Source: a virus. From it: 37,778 nt of DNA. The notes under the pieces were generated by a model. It was not told the origin of the DNA and did no database searches. It was given only the letters and a program-made list of their open reading frames with translations. Below are positions 30,212 through 37,778 of the stretch, in pieces. Position numbers and translations under genes: made by a program. The stretch lies in the IMG/VR virus record IMGVR_UViG_3300045988_060391, positions 1-37,778 of that record, one strand, 5' to 3'. Within the stretch, counting starts at the first letter, position 1. Each line of letters opens with the position of its first letter.

Positions 30212-32167
30212 TCAATCCTTCATGTAGAATGGTGTGCTGTAGCCGTCGCCTCGGAGCAGCAGCCCCGGGGCCCAGTCAATCGGGCGACCCATGACCTCGG
30301 CCACCTGTTCCCAGGAGGTCCCGATTGGCGCCTCGATGATGACCTCGTCGTGGACGTGGAAGCAGATCTTCCAGCCCTCGGCCGCCAGGCGGACCATGGC
30401 AACGGCCAGACAATCCCGGGCGTAGGCCTGGACGATGTTCTCGACCAGCTTGCCGCCCCATGTGCTTGTCTTTTCCCACTTGCGGGTGGTCTGGTTCTGG
30501 CCCATGAAGCAGATCGAGCCGTCCGTGTCAAGTTTTGCGCCCCAGTAACTCAGGACGCGGCCGCTCGGCAGCTTGCACCGCAGGGCGTCGTCGTCCATGC
30601 GGTACTTGACGCCGCAGGGTACCGTGGCCGTCCGTCCGGGGTTGTTAATAGCGCGGATGGCCGCGCTCTCGACGTCTCGCCAGAACTTTGGGATGGTCGG
30701 AGACGCGGCCCGCCACTGCGTGACGATGTCCTGCATCTCCTCCTCGGTCAGCCCCATCTTGTCCGCGCCGAAGGCCTTGAGCGCACCGACGCCGCCGCCG
30801 TAGCCGCAGGCCAGCTCGGCGATCTTTCCCTTCTGTCGCAGGTGCCCGTTGACGCCGTGCTTCACGACCGGAACCTTGAACATGGCCGAGGCGGAGCTGC
30901 AGTATATGTCGCCGCCGTTGCGGAACACGTCCATGCGCCACTTCTCCCCTGCCAGATACGCGATCACGCGAGCCTCGATGGCGGAGTAGTCGGCGACGTG
31001 GAAGATGTGCCCCTCCTTGGCCACGAAGGCCGTGCGTATCAGCTGGCTGAGCACGTCCGGCACACTGTCGAACGCCAGCTCCAGGGTCTCCAGGTCTCGC
31101 TGCTTGACAAGCTCGCGGACGGTGCCTATCTGGTCGAGGTGGTTCTGTGGCAGGTTCTGCACCTGCACGAGACGGCCCGCCCAGCGCCCGGTCCTGCCAG
31201 CACCATAGTATTGCAGCAGCCCGCGGACGCGCCTGTCGGCGCACACAGCGCTCTGCATGGCGGCGTACTTGGTGGTGGATGTCTTGCCCAGCTGCTGCCG
31301 AAGCTGCAGCACACGGCGCGTCGTGGCGTCTGTGGCGCGGTCCTGCAGGTCCTTGACGGTTGCCTTGTTCAGGCTGTCCACGCTCATGCCGACAGTCTCC
31401 AGCCAGTCCTTGAGCTGCGCCACGCTGTTCGGGTTCTCCAGCCCGGTGAGCTTCTGCATCTCGGCCATGTGCTCGGTCGTGAATGCCTCGTCCACCGCGA
31501 TGGCGGACGCCACCAGGTCGGTGTCGATCATGACGCCGCGCTCGTTGATCCTCGCGTCTAGCGCCCAGACCTTCCGCTCGAAGTCGGTCACAGGGAAGCT
31601 CCGCAGCCGCTGGTAGATGGCCTGCTCGACCTCGACGTCCCGCTTGCAGTAGGTCTTGAAGCGCTCCCACTTGTCCGGCGCGTGTTCCGGCAGGTTGCGG
31701 GTCCGGCCGCCGTTGGCGATGGTGGGCTTGCACGGCTTGCAAAAGTATGATATGAGCGCCGTGCCTTCCTTGATCTTCTGGTCCTGCAGCTCCAGCGCAG
31801 CGCCGGCTGCGTCCAGGCTCAGCGGTAGGCCGTTCATGGCCGCCAGGATCATCGTGTCCTCCCACTCCTCCGGCGGCAGGTCATGGCCCAGGTGGCGCGT
31901 CAGGCAGGCACGCTCGAAGGCGCTGTTGTGAGCGACCTTCACGGTATCATGGTCAAGGATGCCGGCCACGATGTCAGGCAGCTCGTCGCGCCCGCTCGGG
32001 TCGAGCAGATCCAGCACTCGCACCGGCCCATCGTCCCAGGCGTAGGCCAGCAGCAGGATCTCGAAGTCTGGGGCCTCGACGTACTTGAAGGCCCCAGTCT
32101 TGCCGATCTCTGCGCTGCTGTACGTCTCCAGATCGATGAGCAGCCGGCGCTTAGTTGAGGAAGTCAT
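30212..32167 (-). CDS. Family A DNA polymerase with 3'-5' exonuclease
   Basis: Start MTSSTKRRLLIDLETYS at 32167. Exo motifs DLETYS and HNSAFE. Polymerase motifs DYSAIEARV, RQKGKIAELACGYGG and HVHDEV. The long N-terminal extension in the ORF track is rejected. Confidence 0.9.
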   Translation of the reverse strand: MTSSTKRRLLIDLETYSSAEIGKTGAFKYVEAPDFEILLLAYAWDDGPVRVLDLLDPSGRDELPDIVAGILDHDTVKVAHNSAFERACLTRHLGHDLPPEEWEDTMILAAMNGLPLSLDAAGAALELQDQKIKEGTALISYFCKPCKPTIANGGRTRNLPEHAPDKWERFKTYCKRDVEVEQAIYQRLRSFPVTDFERKVWALDARINERGVMIDTDLVASAIAVDEAFTTEHMAEMQKLTGLENPNSVAQLKDWLETVGMSVDSLNKATVKDLQDRATDATTRRVLQLRQQLGKTSTTKYAAMQSAVCADRRVRGLLQYYGAGRTGRWAGRLVQVQNLPQNHLDQIGTVRELVKQRDLETLELAFDSVPDVLSQLIRTAFVAKEGHIFHVADYSAIEARVIAYLAGEKWRMDVFRNGGDIYCSSASAMFKVPVVKHGVNGHLRQKGKIAELACGYGGGVGALKAFGADKMGLTEEEMQDIVTQWRAASPTIPKFWRDVESAAIRAINNPGRTATVPCGVKYRMDDDALRCKLPSGRVLSYWGAKLDTDGSICFMGQNQTTRKWEKTSTWGGKLVENIVQAYARDCLAVAMVRLAAEGWKICFHVHDEVIIEAPIGTSWEQVAEVMGRPIDWAPGLLLRGDGYSTPFYMKD

Positions 32168-32717
32168 CGTCGGCCTCTGCGTCGCGGTAGCCGTCGTCGA
32201 AGTCGTCCGCGCTGCCCACGTTGCCGCCGAGCGGGTCGCCGTCGTGCAGCTTCTGGATGCTGAGAAGACCGGCGCTGATTCCCTTCTTGCCGTTGCTGCT
32301 GTAGCCGAAGAAGTTGATGGCCGCGCGGCCGTAGCAGCCGGAATAGACCTCAAGCGGGTCCGTGATCGCGTTGCGCATGTTGTCGACGATGATCGGCTTC
32401 TGCTTGCTGCTCACGGTGATGACGTAGCAGCCCTTGCATTCGGGGCCGAACTCTTCCCCGCTGTCGCGCATGCCGTCGCCGTCGTGCAGCGTGTGGTTGG
32501 GCTTGGCCGGCAGGGCGTTGGCGCCGTTGCGGCTGCAGAACGCCTCGCGGGCGTCGGCGACGGCCTGCTTGATCTTGTTCAGGGTCGCGGTGTCGCTCTT
32601 GGGGATCAGCAGCGTGACGCTGTACTTCGGATCGCCGCCGCCCTTGGGCGCCTTTGCCTCGAAAATGTTGCAGTAGGAAAAACGAACCTTTCCGGTCACT
32701 ACTTTGGTGTTTGCCAT
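32151..32717 (-). CDS. ssDNA-binding protein (DUF2815 / T7 gp2.5-like)
   Basis: 188 aa with an acidic C-terminal tail DAEADDDFLN. It sits between the nuclease and polymerase genes. Confidence 0.7.
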   Translation of the reverse strand: MANTKVVTGKVRFSYCNIFEAKAPKGGGDPKYSVTLLIPKSDTATLNKIKQAVADAREAFCSRNGANALPAKPNHTLHDGDGMRDSGEEFGPECKGCYVITVSSKQKPIIVDNMRNAITDPLEVYSGCYGRAAINFFGYSSNGKKGISAGLLSIQKLHDGDPLGGNVGSADDFDDGYRDAEADDDFLN

Positions 32718-32734
32718 TGTTTTCAGTCTCCTTT

Positions 32735-33904
32735 TTATTCAAAGTCTTTTATTGCTTCGGCCACTCGGTCGAGCGGCGGGCGCTTGTCACTTGCGGGCAC
32801 GATCGTCGGCGCGCCGGGTGCGCGGTCGATCAGCGCCTCCAGCAGCTCGGCGACCTTCTTCTTGCCGAGGCTCTTGTCCATGGCCGCAGGGCTGAGCAGC
32901 TTCGTCTCGGTGTAGTCCTCGGCGCCGTAGCCCGCGGCCGCGAGCGCCTCGGCGACCTTGAGCTCGTCGGTCCACTTCCGGTTGCCGAGCTTGCCCTCGA
33001 CCACTTTGAACCCCGGGACCTCGCCGCCGCTGAGCAGCGTGTCCATGGCCTGCGCCTTGACGCGCTTGAGCCATAGGCTAATGAGCGGCTCCATCTCCAG
33101 AACCTCCGCCACCTCGTGCGGCGCCAGCACCGGCACAGGTACGCGCAGGCTGTGCGTCTCGACGTACTCGGTGCAGGTCTTGGTGAGTTGTCGGCAGCGG
33201 CCCGCGTGCGGGCAGAACTTACACCAGGCGCCCGCCTTGTATTTGCCCTTGCCCTTGGCAGCGTCGGCAGCGATCCGCTTGACGGTCTTGTCCGCCCAGT
33301 AGAGAAGATCCGCGGCCGAGGCGCTCCAGGTGCTCACGTTGTTGATGCGCGGCTGGTAGATGTGCATGTCCACGGTCTCGATGTCGAACAGGTCGCCCAG
33401 CAGGTTGAGCGCGCCCAGCGCGTAGAGCATCATCTGGGTATTCTCCTTCGCGTCCACCGCGACGCCCTGGCCGTACTTGTAGTCGATGACGGTGATCGTC
33501 TTGTCCTGCACGATGATGCAGTCCGCGGTGCCGAAGCCGTCCGGCACCCAGGTCGAGAAGTCCACGCGCTGCTCCAGCAGCACCGTGGCGCCGTCGGTCT
33601 TGATCTGCTCCTGTATGTAATCGGCGTAGCCGTGGGCGTGCTCGACCATCTCTGCTGTTGTGCCCTCTGGCCAGATGTAGTTGACTATGGTCGGGTAGCG
33701 CCCGGCCTGCCGTTCTCTGGCGACGAGCTCCGCCACCTCATGGGCCAGCGTGCCCTCACGGGTGAACTCGGTTCCCTCGTTGGCGTAGGCCTCCGCGGCC
33801 ACGGCCGACGGCGGGCAGTTGAGCCAGCGGTGCGAGCTGGATGCACTCAGCAGAGCGTGCGCTCTGGCGCTGTGGTCATTTATCGGATTATCCACGTTTT
33901 CCAC
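32735..33904 (-). CDS. PD-(D/E)xK nuclease (DUF2800 / Cas4-like with Cys cluster)
   Basis: 389 aa. LSASSSHRWLNCPPS near the N-terminus, CKFCPHAGRC near the C-terminus. The true start may be the GTG at 33895. Confidence 0.7.
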   Translation of the reverse strand: MENVDNPINDHSARAHALLSASSSHRWLNCPPSAVAAEAYANEGTEFTREGTLAHEVAELVARERQAGRYPTIVNYIWPEGTTAEMVEHAHGYADYIQEQIKTDGATVLLEQRVDFSTWVPDGFGTADCIIVQDKTITVIDYKYGQGVAVDAKENTQMMLYALGALNLLGDLFDIETVDMHIYQPRINNVSTWSASAADLLYWADKTVKRIAADAAKGKGKYKAGAWCKFCPHAGRCRQLTKTCTEYVETHSLRVPVPVLAPHEVAEVLEMEPLISLWLKRVKAQAMDTLLSGGEVPGFKVVEGKLGNRKWTDELKVAEALAAAGYGAEDYTETKLLSPAAMDKSLGKKKVAELLEALIDRAPGAPTIVPASDKRPPLDRVAEAIKDFE

Positions 33905-33963
33905 CTCCCAGTTTTGATATCAGTGACAAGATCACGAGCGTCGCGCAGATTACGATGGTAATT

Positions 33964-34281
33964 TTAAGAGCCATTTTTCAGCGCCTCCTCTAATTCGTTG
34001 ATGCCACGGGCCCAGGGCTTGCCGGTATATTCGCAATAGCGGTGCTCCAGAGAAGCGCCCCGGCTCCGGGAGCTGCCGGGCAGGAACAGCACCGCGTCCG
34101 CGGCGTCGATCATAGCCAGGCAGATCCGCATGGCCTTCTCGTTCTCCAGTCCGCTTGGCATATGCGCTGGGCTGAGCGGGATGTAGTCCAGGGCGATCAG
34201 CTCGTCCTCGGCGGCCTCGAAGGCCTCCCAGTAGCGCGGCACGCCGGTGATCGGCCCCGCGATGTAAATCACCTTCTTCAT
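33964..34281 (-). CDS. DUF4406 / nucleoside 2-deoxyribosyltransferase-like protein
   Basis: 105 aa. MKKVIYIAGPITG at the N-terminus and LFLPGSSRSRGA further on. Confidence 0.55.
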   Translation of the reverse strand: MKKVIYIAGPITGVPRYWEAFEAAEDELIALDYIPLSPAHMPSGLENEKAMRICLAMIDAADAVLFLPGSSRSRGASLEHRYCEYTGKPWARGINELEEALKNGS

Positions 34282-34478
34282 TCGGCGTCCGCCTTTGCCT
34301 CTCTGCCTCTGGGCTTGATAGCCCCGCGCAGCAACTCCAGCAGCCCCGGCTGCTTCTTGGACGCCTGCTTCTTGAACGCCTGCTGGTAGATCGTCCGGCT
34401 GGCGTGGCCGCTGCAGGCGGAGCGGTGTTTGGCGTAGGAGCGACGGCTCCGAGCTCTGTGGTTCATAGCGCTCGACAT
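34278..34478 (-). CDS. Small highly basic protein (66 aa)
   Basis: RBS GGAGGG. ATGA-coupled to the downstream gene. Arg/Lys-rich. Confidence 0.55.
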   Translation of the reverse strand: MSSAMNHRARSRRSYAKHRSACSGHASRTIYQQAFKKQASKKQPGLLELLRGAIKPRGREAKADAE

Positions 34479-34480
34479 GT

Positions 34481-34858
34481 TCAGCCCTCCAGTCCGATCA
34501 GCTTGGCCATGACCTCGCCGAACTTGTCCGCCGGGATGGCGCTCACCTTCTCGGCGTAGCTCTTGACGATCTCACGGACCTCGGCTTTCTTGCCGCTCGC
34601 GGACAGCGCCACGACCTTCTGCTGGATGTCCTCCAGCTTGTACTGCGGCGCCTCCTGCTCGAACGGGACCGGCTCGGCCTTCGGCAGCTCCTTGAACGGA
34701 TCCGCGACCGGGTGCTGCGCTGCCAGCTTCTCGGCCATGTCGGGCGCCTGGTTGCCCATGACCCGCATGATCAGCTCGGTCAGGTTGACGTTGATGTGGT
34801 CGAGCCGGGCGCGATCTTCCGCGCAGAGCTCGATGGTGATGGTGATGGTGTTAGACAT
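34481..34858 (-). CDS. Hypothetical early protein (125 aa)
   Basis: ORF with RBS GAAAGGA. It overlaps the upstream stop by 8 nt. Confidence 0.6.
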   Translation of the reverse strand: MSNTITITIELCAEDRARLDHINVNLTELIMRVMGNQAPDMAEKLAAQHPVADPFKELPKAEPVPFEQEAPQYKLEDIQQKVVALSASGKKAEVREIVKSYAEKVSAIPADKFGEVMAKLIGLEG

Positions 34859-35042
34859 TGCAATCGTCCTTTCTTCTAATAAAGTCTTTCATGCCGGCCG
34901 CCAGGGCCTCGGTCGCGTGCTGCTCTCGTCTCGATTGGTCGTCTGCGCTCAGCAGCGGCCGGTGGACATAAATCGTAGCGCACCCGCGCTGAATCACCTT
35001 GGTGCGGTAGCCCGGCAGGATGTCAGTCCTCCAGAGGTCCAT
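34851..35042 (-). CDS. Hypothetical early protein (63 aa)
   Basis: RBS AAAGGAGAGGA. Confidence 0.55.
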   Translation of the reverse strand: MDLWRTDILPGYRTKVIQRGCATIYVHRPLLSADDQSRREQHATEALAAGMKDFIRRKDDCNV

Positions 35043-35058
35043 GTGCGTCCTCTCCTTT

Positions 35059-35074
35059 GTTGCTATTTAGCAAC
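35059..35074. promoter_or_regulatory. Operator-like palindrome GTTGCTATTTAGCAAC (O1)
   Basis: 7-bp perfect arms GTTGCTA/TAGCAAC, overlapping the stop codon of the Cro-like gene. Confidence 0.6.
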
Positions 35075-35285
35075 TTTCATTGCAAAAAAAATACTGGTGC
35101 ACCTCCGCGGGCGAGATATCCAGCACCCGGCAGATGCGAGCGATCTCGTCCAGCTTCCAGTCGGTGCGGCCGTTCAGCTTGAGCGTCAGCGTGGCGGGCT
35201 TGATTCCCGCAACCGCGGCGAACGCCTCCTGCGTGCCATACACCTCGCGGATCCGGCCGCGGAGCTTTGCGTAGTTTTTCGGCAT
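35067..35285 (-). CDS. Cro-like HTH regulator
   Basis: 72 aa from the ATG at 35285 (RBS AAAGGAGGT). MPKNYAKLRGRIREVYGTQEAFAAVAGIKPATLTLKLNG. Confidence 0.7.
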   Translation of the reverse strand: MPKNYAKLRGRIREVYGTQEAFAAVAGIKPATLTLKLNGRTDWKLDEIARICRVLDISPAEVHQYFFCNESC

Positions 35286-35311
35286 GGTTTTTACCTCCTT
35301 TCCTAGGTTTT

Positions 35312-35491
35312 TCAGCGGATCATGAGCCAGCGGTACAGCATTTCCGCGAAGTAGACGATTCCGAGTACCGCGAAAATGTAGGACATGATGGTCAGACTGC
35401 CGGGGACCTGGCGGGCGATGGTGATGAGCACGGCCAGGAGCAGCGACATAATCATGAACGTCACGACCAGGCCCTTTTTCTTGCTGAACAC
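35312..35491 (-). CDS. Small two-TM membrane protein (59 aa), first early gene
   Basis: GTG at 35491, preceded by AGGGAGGA. Two hydrophobic helices. Confidence 0.5.
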   Translation of the reverse strand: MFSKKKGLVVTFMIMSLLLAVLITIARQVPGSLTIMSYIFAVLGIVYFAEMLYRWLMIR

Positions 35492-35513
35492 GTTTTTTTC
35501 CTCCCTTTTGCTG

Positions 35514-35529
35514 GTTGCTATTTCGCAAC
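35514..35529. promoter_or_regulatory. Operator GTTGCTATTTCGCAAC (O2)
   Basis: It lies just downstream of the early promoter -10. Confidence 0.6.
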
Positions 35530-35540
35530 TCTTGAGCATT

Positions 35541-35568
35541 ATTATATTAAAATAATTTTGGCTGTCAA
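35541..35568 (-). promoter_or_regulatory. Early lytic promoter TTGACA-N16-TATAAT
   Basis: Both hexamers are consensus on the minus strand (complements of 35563-35568 and 35541-35546). Confidence 0.75.
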
Positions 35569-35586
35569 CGGGTTTTTATATAATTT

Positions 35587-35602
35587 TTTGCTTTTTAGCA
35601 AT
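35587..35602. promoter_or_regulatory. Operator TTTGCTTTTTAGCAAT (O3)
   Basis: TTGC-N6-GCAA core between the divergent promoters. Confidence 0.5.
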
Positions 35603-35627
35603 TTAACCGAAAATTTTTTATATTTTT

Positions 35628-35657
35628 GTTGCGTTTGAGCAATCCGCATGATATTAT
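35628..35657 (+). promoter_or_regulatory. Repressor promoter TTGCGT-N17-TATTAT (TG-extended), overlapped by operator O4 GTTGCGTTTGAGCAAT
   Basis: The -35 is at 35629-35634 and the -10 at 35652-35657. O4 spans 35628-35643. Confidence 0.55.
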
Positions 35658-35683
35658 CGCAGTAGCAAGGAGGTGTAAATATA

Positions 35684-36070
35684 ATGAACGAATGGAAAAG
35701 AGTGGCTTGTCTGTCCGATCGGCTTCGTGATTCGATGCACGACGCGGACATGAAACAGACAGATCTCGCTCGTGCGACTGGCATAGACAAGTCGGTCATT
35801 AGCCGCTACCTGTCCGGCGGGTATGAACCGAAGCCGCAGCCCCTCGGGTTAATGGCGCGGGCGCTGAATGTAGCAGAGATGTGGCTGGCTGGGTACGACG
35901 TTCCCAGAGAGCGAGCGCCGGAGCAAAGAAAAAACGACGCCCTTGTGCAGGTCGTCGCTCAACTTCGGGCTGATCCCGATCTATTTGAAATGGTTCTCCA
36001 GCTGACCAAACTGTCAGCCGATCAGCGCAGCGCTGTCAGCACATTGCTGACTGGCCTCGTGAAGAAGTAA
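35684..36070 (+). CDS. CI-like XRE-family repressor (no S24 peptidase domain)
   Basis: 128 aa. RBS AAGGAGG. HTH: MKQTDLARATGIDKSVISRYLSG. It is divergent from the early promoter. Confidence 0.8.
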   Translation: MNEWKRVACLSDRLRDSMHDADMKQTDLARATGIDKSVISRYLSGGYEPKPQPLGLMARALNVAEMWLAGYDVPRERAPEQRKNDALVQVVAQLRADPDLFEMVLQLTKLSADQRSAVSTLLTGLVKK

Positions 36071-36163
36071 CTTTAATATGAAGTCGAGGAGCTCGACGTC
36101 ATTCACGTCGTCCAGCGCTTCGGCAATTTGATTTTTTAGAAAATTTTCGTTTGTCGCAATCAT
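36014..36163 (-). CDS. DLLDF-motif mini-protein, copy 3 (49 aa)
   Basis: ATG at 36163, preceded by GAAGGAG. MIATNENFLKNQIAEALDDVNDVELLDFILKLLLHEASQQCADSAALIG. Its 3' end overlaps the repressor 3' end by 57 nt in antisense. Confidence 0.55.
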   Translation of the reverse strand: MIATNENFLKNQIAEALDDVNDVELLDFILKLLLHEASQQCADSAALIG

Positions 36164-36279
36164 CAGCTCACTCCTTCGTGGGTCGCTATGATTATATTTC
36201 ACAAAATAGAACAAACAGTGCGGAAACTGTGGCAAGTTTTTGACAAATAAAAAAATGGGTTTTAATGGGGGGAAATAAT

Positions 36280-37778
36280 ATGCTATACAAATCAGCAGAC
36301 GCTGACATCTATTTAATATATTTAAGAAAAAGTCGCGCGGATAATCCGGACGAGTCCGTCGAGGAGGTTCTGGCGAAGCACGAGACCCAGCTGCAGGAAT
36401 GGGCCCGCCAGGAACTCGGTTATGAAATTCCGGAGGACTGCATATACCGCGAGGTCGTGTCCGGCGAAAGCATAGACGACCGAGTGGAGATCCAGAAGGT
36501 GCTTGCGCGAATAGAGGACCCGGCGGTGAAGGGCGTGATCGTGATCGAGCCGCAGCGTCTCAGCCGTGGCGATCTGGAGGACTGTGGTCGGCTGATCAAC
36601 GTCCTAAAATTCACGAACACGCAGGTCTGCACGCCGATGATGACCTACGACCTGAATCGTAAGATGGAGCGGAAATTTTTCCAGGACGAGCTCCTGCGCG
36701 GTCGTGATTATCTGGAATATACGAAGGAAATCCTGCTGCGCGGTCGTGTCGCTGCGATTAAGCGCGGGTGCTTTATTGGGCAGCGCGCCCCGTATGGATA
36801 TAACAAAATAAAGATAGGCGACGACTGCACTTTGGAGCCAAACGAAAACGCGGACATCATTCGCCTGGTTTTCGATTCTTATGTGAAGGAAGGCATGACG
36901 CCATTCCAGATCGCGCAGCGCTTGAACTCGATGAAAGTGCCAGCTCCTCGTGGCCAGGAGTGGAAAAAGGACACAATTCGGACGATAATCCGGAACGACC
37001 ACTACGTTGGCAAAGTCCACTATAACAAGGTGCAAAAGACGACAGTCATTGAACACGGAGAGCGTGTGACTAAGCGGCTACACCAGCCGGACGATGTCGT
37101 GATCACCGCCGAGGGGAAGCACCCGGCTCTCATTACGCTGGAGACGTGGAAGGCCGCCCAGGAGCTCGTGGCGCGCAACCCACGGGTGAAGCATGAGTAC
37201 GAGCTAAAGAACCCGTTCAGCTCTATGATCTTTTGCGCGAAGTGCGGGAAGGCGCTTTATATCCACCCGTACAAAAACGCGGAGGAGCGGTTCGAGTGTC
37301 GCACGCGTCCCCTGTGTTATAAATCGGTGAAATACTCCGAACTGTACGACGCGATCATCGCGGCGTTGGAAGAAGCCGAACTGCCGGCACTGCAGATGAA
37401 GGTGAAGAACGGCGACGGGAACGCGAGAAAAATCCAGGAGCGCCAACTGGCGAAGCTGGAGGCGCAGATGGCCGAATACCGTGATCAGGAAGATACACAG
37501 TACGAACTTCTGGAGAGAAAAAAATACACCCAGGAGCTCTTCGACCGTCGGAACGGTGCCCTGCGTGCAAAAATGGATAAGTGTCAAAAAGAGATTTACG
37601 AAGCGAAGTCCAGCATGCCGTCATCTGTCAACTACGAGGAGAAGATCGTCGCCTTGCAGGATGCCATTGCTGCGCTACGCGACCCGGACGCCACGCCACG
37701 AGACAAAAATAGAGTATTGAAGGCTATCGTCGAGCGTATAGAGTACACCGGCTCCCAGAGCTTCGGGACAGACAAAAA
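36280..37778 (+). CDS. int: Large serine recombinase (integrase); runs off the window end and continues at 1..171
   Basis: ATG at 36280 after GGGGGGA. Motifs: IYLRKSRAD (catalytic Ser), a recombinase domain, the zinc ribbon CAKCG...C...C, and a long coiled-coil. It is absent from the ORF track because there is no stop before the window end. Confidence 0.9.
   Translation, partial: MLYKSADADIYLIYLRKSRADNPDESVEEVLAKHETQLQEWARQELGYEIPEDCIYREVVSGESIDDRVEIQKVLARIEDPAVKGVIVIEPQRLSRGDLEDCGRLINVLKFTNTQVCTPMMTYDLNRKMERKFFQDELLRGRDYLEYTKEILLRGRVAAIKRGCFIGQRAPYGYNKIKIGDDCTLEPNENADIIRLVFDSYVKEGMTPFQIAQRLNSMKVPAPRGQEWKKDTIRTIIRNDHYVGKVHYNKVQKTTVIEHGERVTKRLHQPDDVVITAEGKHPALITLETWKAAQELVARNPRVKHEYELKNPFSSMIFCAKCGKALYIHPYKNAEERFECRTRPLCYKSVKYSELYDAIIAALEEAELPALQMKVKNGDGNARKIQERQLAKLEAQMAEYRDQEDTQYELLERKKYTQELFDRRNGALRAKMDKCQKEIYEAKSSMPSSVNYEEKIVALQDAIAALRDPDATPRDKNRVLKAIVERIEYTGSQSFGTDK
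37660..37778. repeat. Terminal direct repeat copy 2 (identical to 1..119)
   Basis: Exact identity read base by base. Confidence 0.95.

Noticed and set aside
25928-31561. Long plus-strand ORFs opposite the replication genes (25928-27076, 27710-28717, 30143-31561, 23966-25144)
   Set aside because: The reasoning is the same. Each lies fully inside a minus-strand gene with clear catalytic motifs and lacks translation signals.
30212-32353. ORF-track N-terminal extensions (polymerase to 32353, lysin to 17087, lipoprotein to 21702, HTH to 20062, 9300-9731, capsid to 11953, Cro-like to 35528)
   Set aside because: In each case an internal start has a proper Shine-Dalgarno or an ATGA/GTGA coupling to the upstream stop. 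The extension is Arg/Pro/Gly-rich or overlaps the preceding gene.
33888-33974. A 28-aa hydrophobic ORF (MALKITIVICATLVILSLISKLGGGKRG) between the DUF4406 and DUF2800 genes
   Set aside because: It has no clear RBS and overlaps both neighbours. It is too short to support without conservation data, so it is left unannotated.
36170-36279. Promoters for int and for mini-protein copy 3 in the cI-int gap
   Set aside because: A TTGACA hexamer (36240-36245) and a TATAAT on the opposite strand are present. Neither has a convincing partner hexamer at 16-18 bp, so no call is made.

Overview
The window is one complete temperate tailed-phage genome, siphovirus-like with an HK97-type head module. It is assembled as a closed circle: bases 1-119 are identical to 37660-37778, so the unique length is 37,659 bp. 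That overlap falls inside a large serine integrase gene (36280..37778, continuing in phase at 1..171). A candidate attP lies just after its stop codon.

Nearly all genes are on the minus strand.
- Late operon (about 19.1 kb down to 0.35 kb): HNH, a displaced fiber/repeat-protein/GH25-lysin cassette, TerS (P27-type), TerL, portal, protease, major capsid, connectors, major tail, G/GT chaperones with an A_AAA_AAC slippery site, tape measure, Dit, Tal, receptor-binding fiber, and two membrane/holin-like genes.
- Early operon (35.5 kb down to 22.5 kb): Cro-like regulator, small proteins, DUF4406-like, DUF2800-like nuclease, gp2.5-like SSB, family A polymerase, PAPS-reductase-like protein, methyltransferase, VirE-type primase/helicase, VRR-NUC, an inserted HNH, a frameshifted SNF2 helicase, a sigma-like factor and a ThyX-like protein.
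- Accessory/regulatory block (19.6-22.5 kb): an RHH-controlled second switch, a lipoprotein moron and a membrane-anchored XRE regulator.

The most unusual signals are:
- a family of 38-49 aa DLLDF-motif mini-proteins, each paired with a different HTH regulator;
- a dispersed GTTGC-N6-GCAAC operator set that links the immunity region to the second switch;
- a methyltransferase plus PAPS-reductase-like pair;
- a repeat-rich noncoding region with a terminator and a G-quadruplex motif ahead of the late genes.

All family assignments come from motifs read by eye. No database search was run.
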